Shown: positions 63,888 to 64,000 of the stretch, piece by piece
Layout of the letters: every line of letters begins with the position of its first letter
How positions within the stretch are numbered: position 1 is the stretch's first letter
Program-made: the position numbers and the translations under genes
The notes under the pieces: generated by a model
What the model was told of the DNA's origin: nothing
The model's database searches: none
What the model saw: only the letters and a program-made list of their open reading frames with translations
IMG/VR virus record: IMGVR_UViG_3300042554_001750
Source of the DNA: a virus
Taxonomy: Duplodnaviria > Caudoviricetes
Length of the DNA stretch: 64,000 bases
Reading direction: 5' to 3' (one strand)

Positions 63888-64000
63888 ATGACTACAAAAG
63901 TATCACCAGAAGTTGTGACTTTCGTTCAAGCGAACGGAGCAATCATATTGAACACTACAACTGTAAGTGCAAACTACACACTTACGGGACAAAATGGCAT
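63888..64000 (+). CDS. Start of a further small structural protein (partial, runs off the right edge)
   Basis: ATAAATA (63876-82)-CGATT-ATG; MTTKVSPEVVTFVQANGAIILNTTTVSANYTLTGQNG is open to the window end. Confidence 0.6.
   Translation, partial: MTTKVSPEVVTFVQANGAIILNTTTVSANYTLTGQNG

Noticed and set aside
1-64000. Stop-codon reassignment as in some jumbo phages
   Set aside because: Genes are full length in the standard code, and TAA, TGA (gp23, gp47, hub) and TAG (gp51-like) all act as real ends.

Overview
The window is a 64-kb, AT-rich segment of a large T4-like (contractile-tailed) dsDNA bacteriophage, read in the standard genetic code. From left to right: (1) a minus-strand baseplate operon (a giant ORF of more than 2400 aa running off the left edge and missing from the ORF track, gp6, gp25, gp5-like, a probable hub, gp53-like, a tube-initiator-like gene); (2) a plus-strand gp55 late sigma factor, gp47, gp46 and an Hjc-type resolvase; (3) a ~480-bp non-coding gap full of hairpins; (4) a gp26-like hub chaperone with an unannotated gp51-like ORF in its -1 frame; (5) a tape-measure-like protein with a C-terminal lysozyme-like domain; (6) the head operon (gp20, core proteins, gp21, gp22, gp23); (7) a free-standing HNH endonuclease, a fatty-acid desaturase and a degenerate HNH; (8) ~27 kb of modular Asn/Gly-rich fibre genes, three glycine-rich adhesin-like paralogues and a six-LamG-module protein. 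The strongest unexplained signals are a complete -1 programmed frameshift signal joining gp26 to gp51 (slippery U_UUU_UUC, a -1-frame stop just upstream, 6-nt spacer, 12-bp stem-loop), a candidate large structured ncRNA with an adjacent repeat-flanked DNA-hairpin element at 23.1-23.6 kb, and late-promoter boxes 4-7 nt from ten start codons, implying leaderless mRNAs. Product names come from motif recognition and synteny only; no searches were run.
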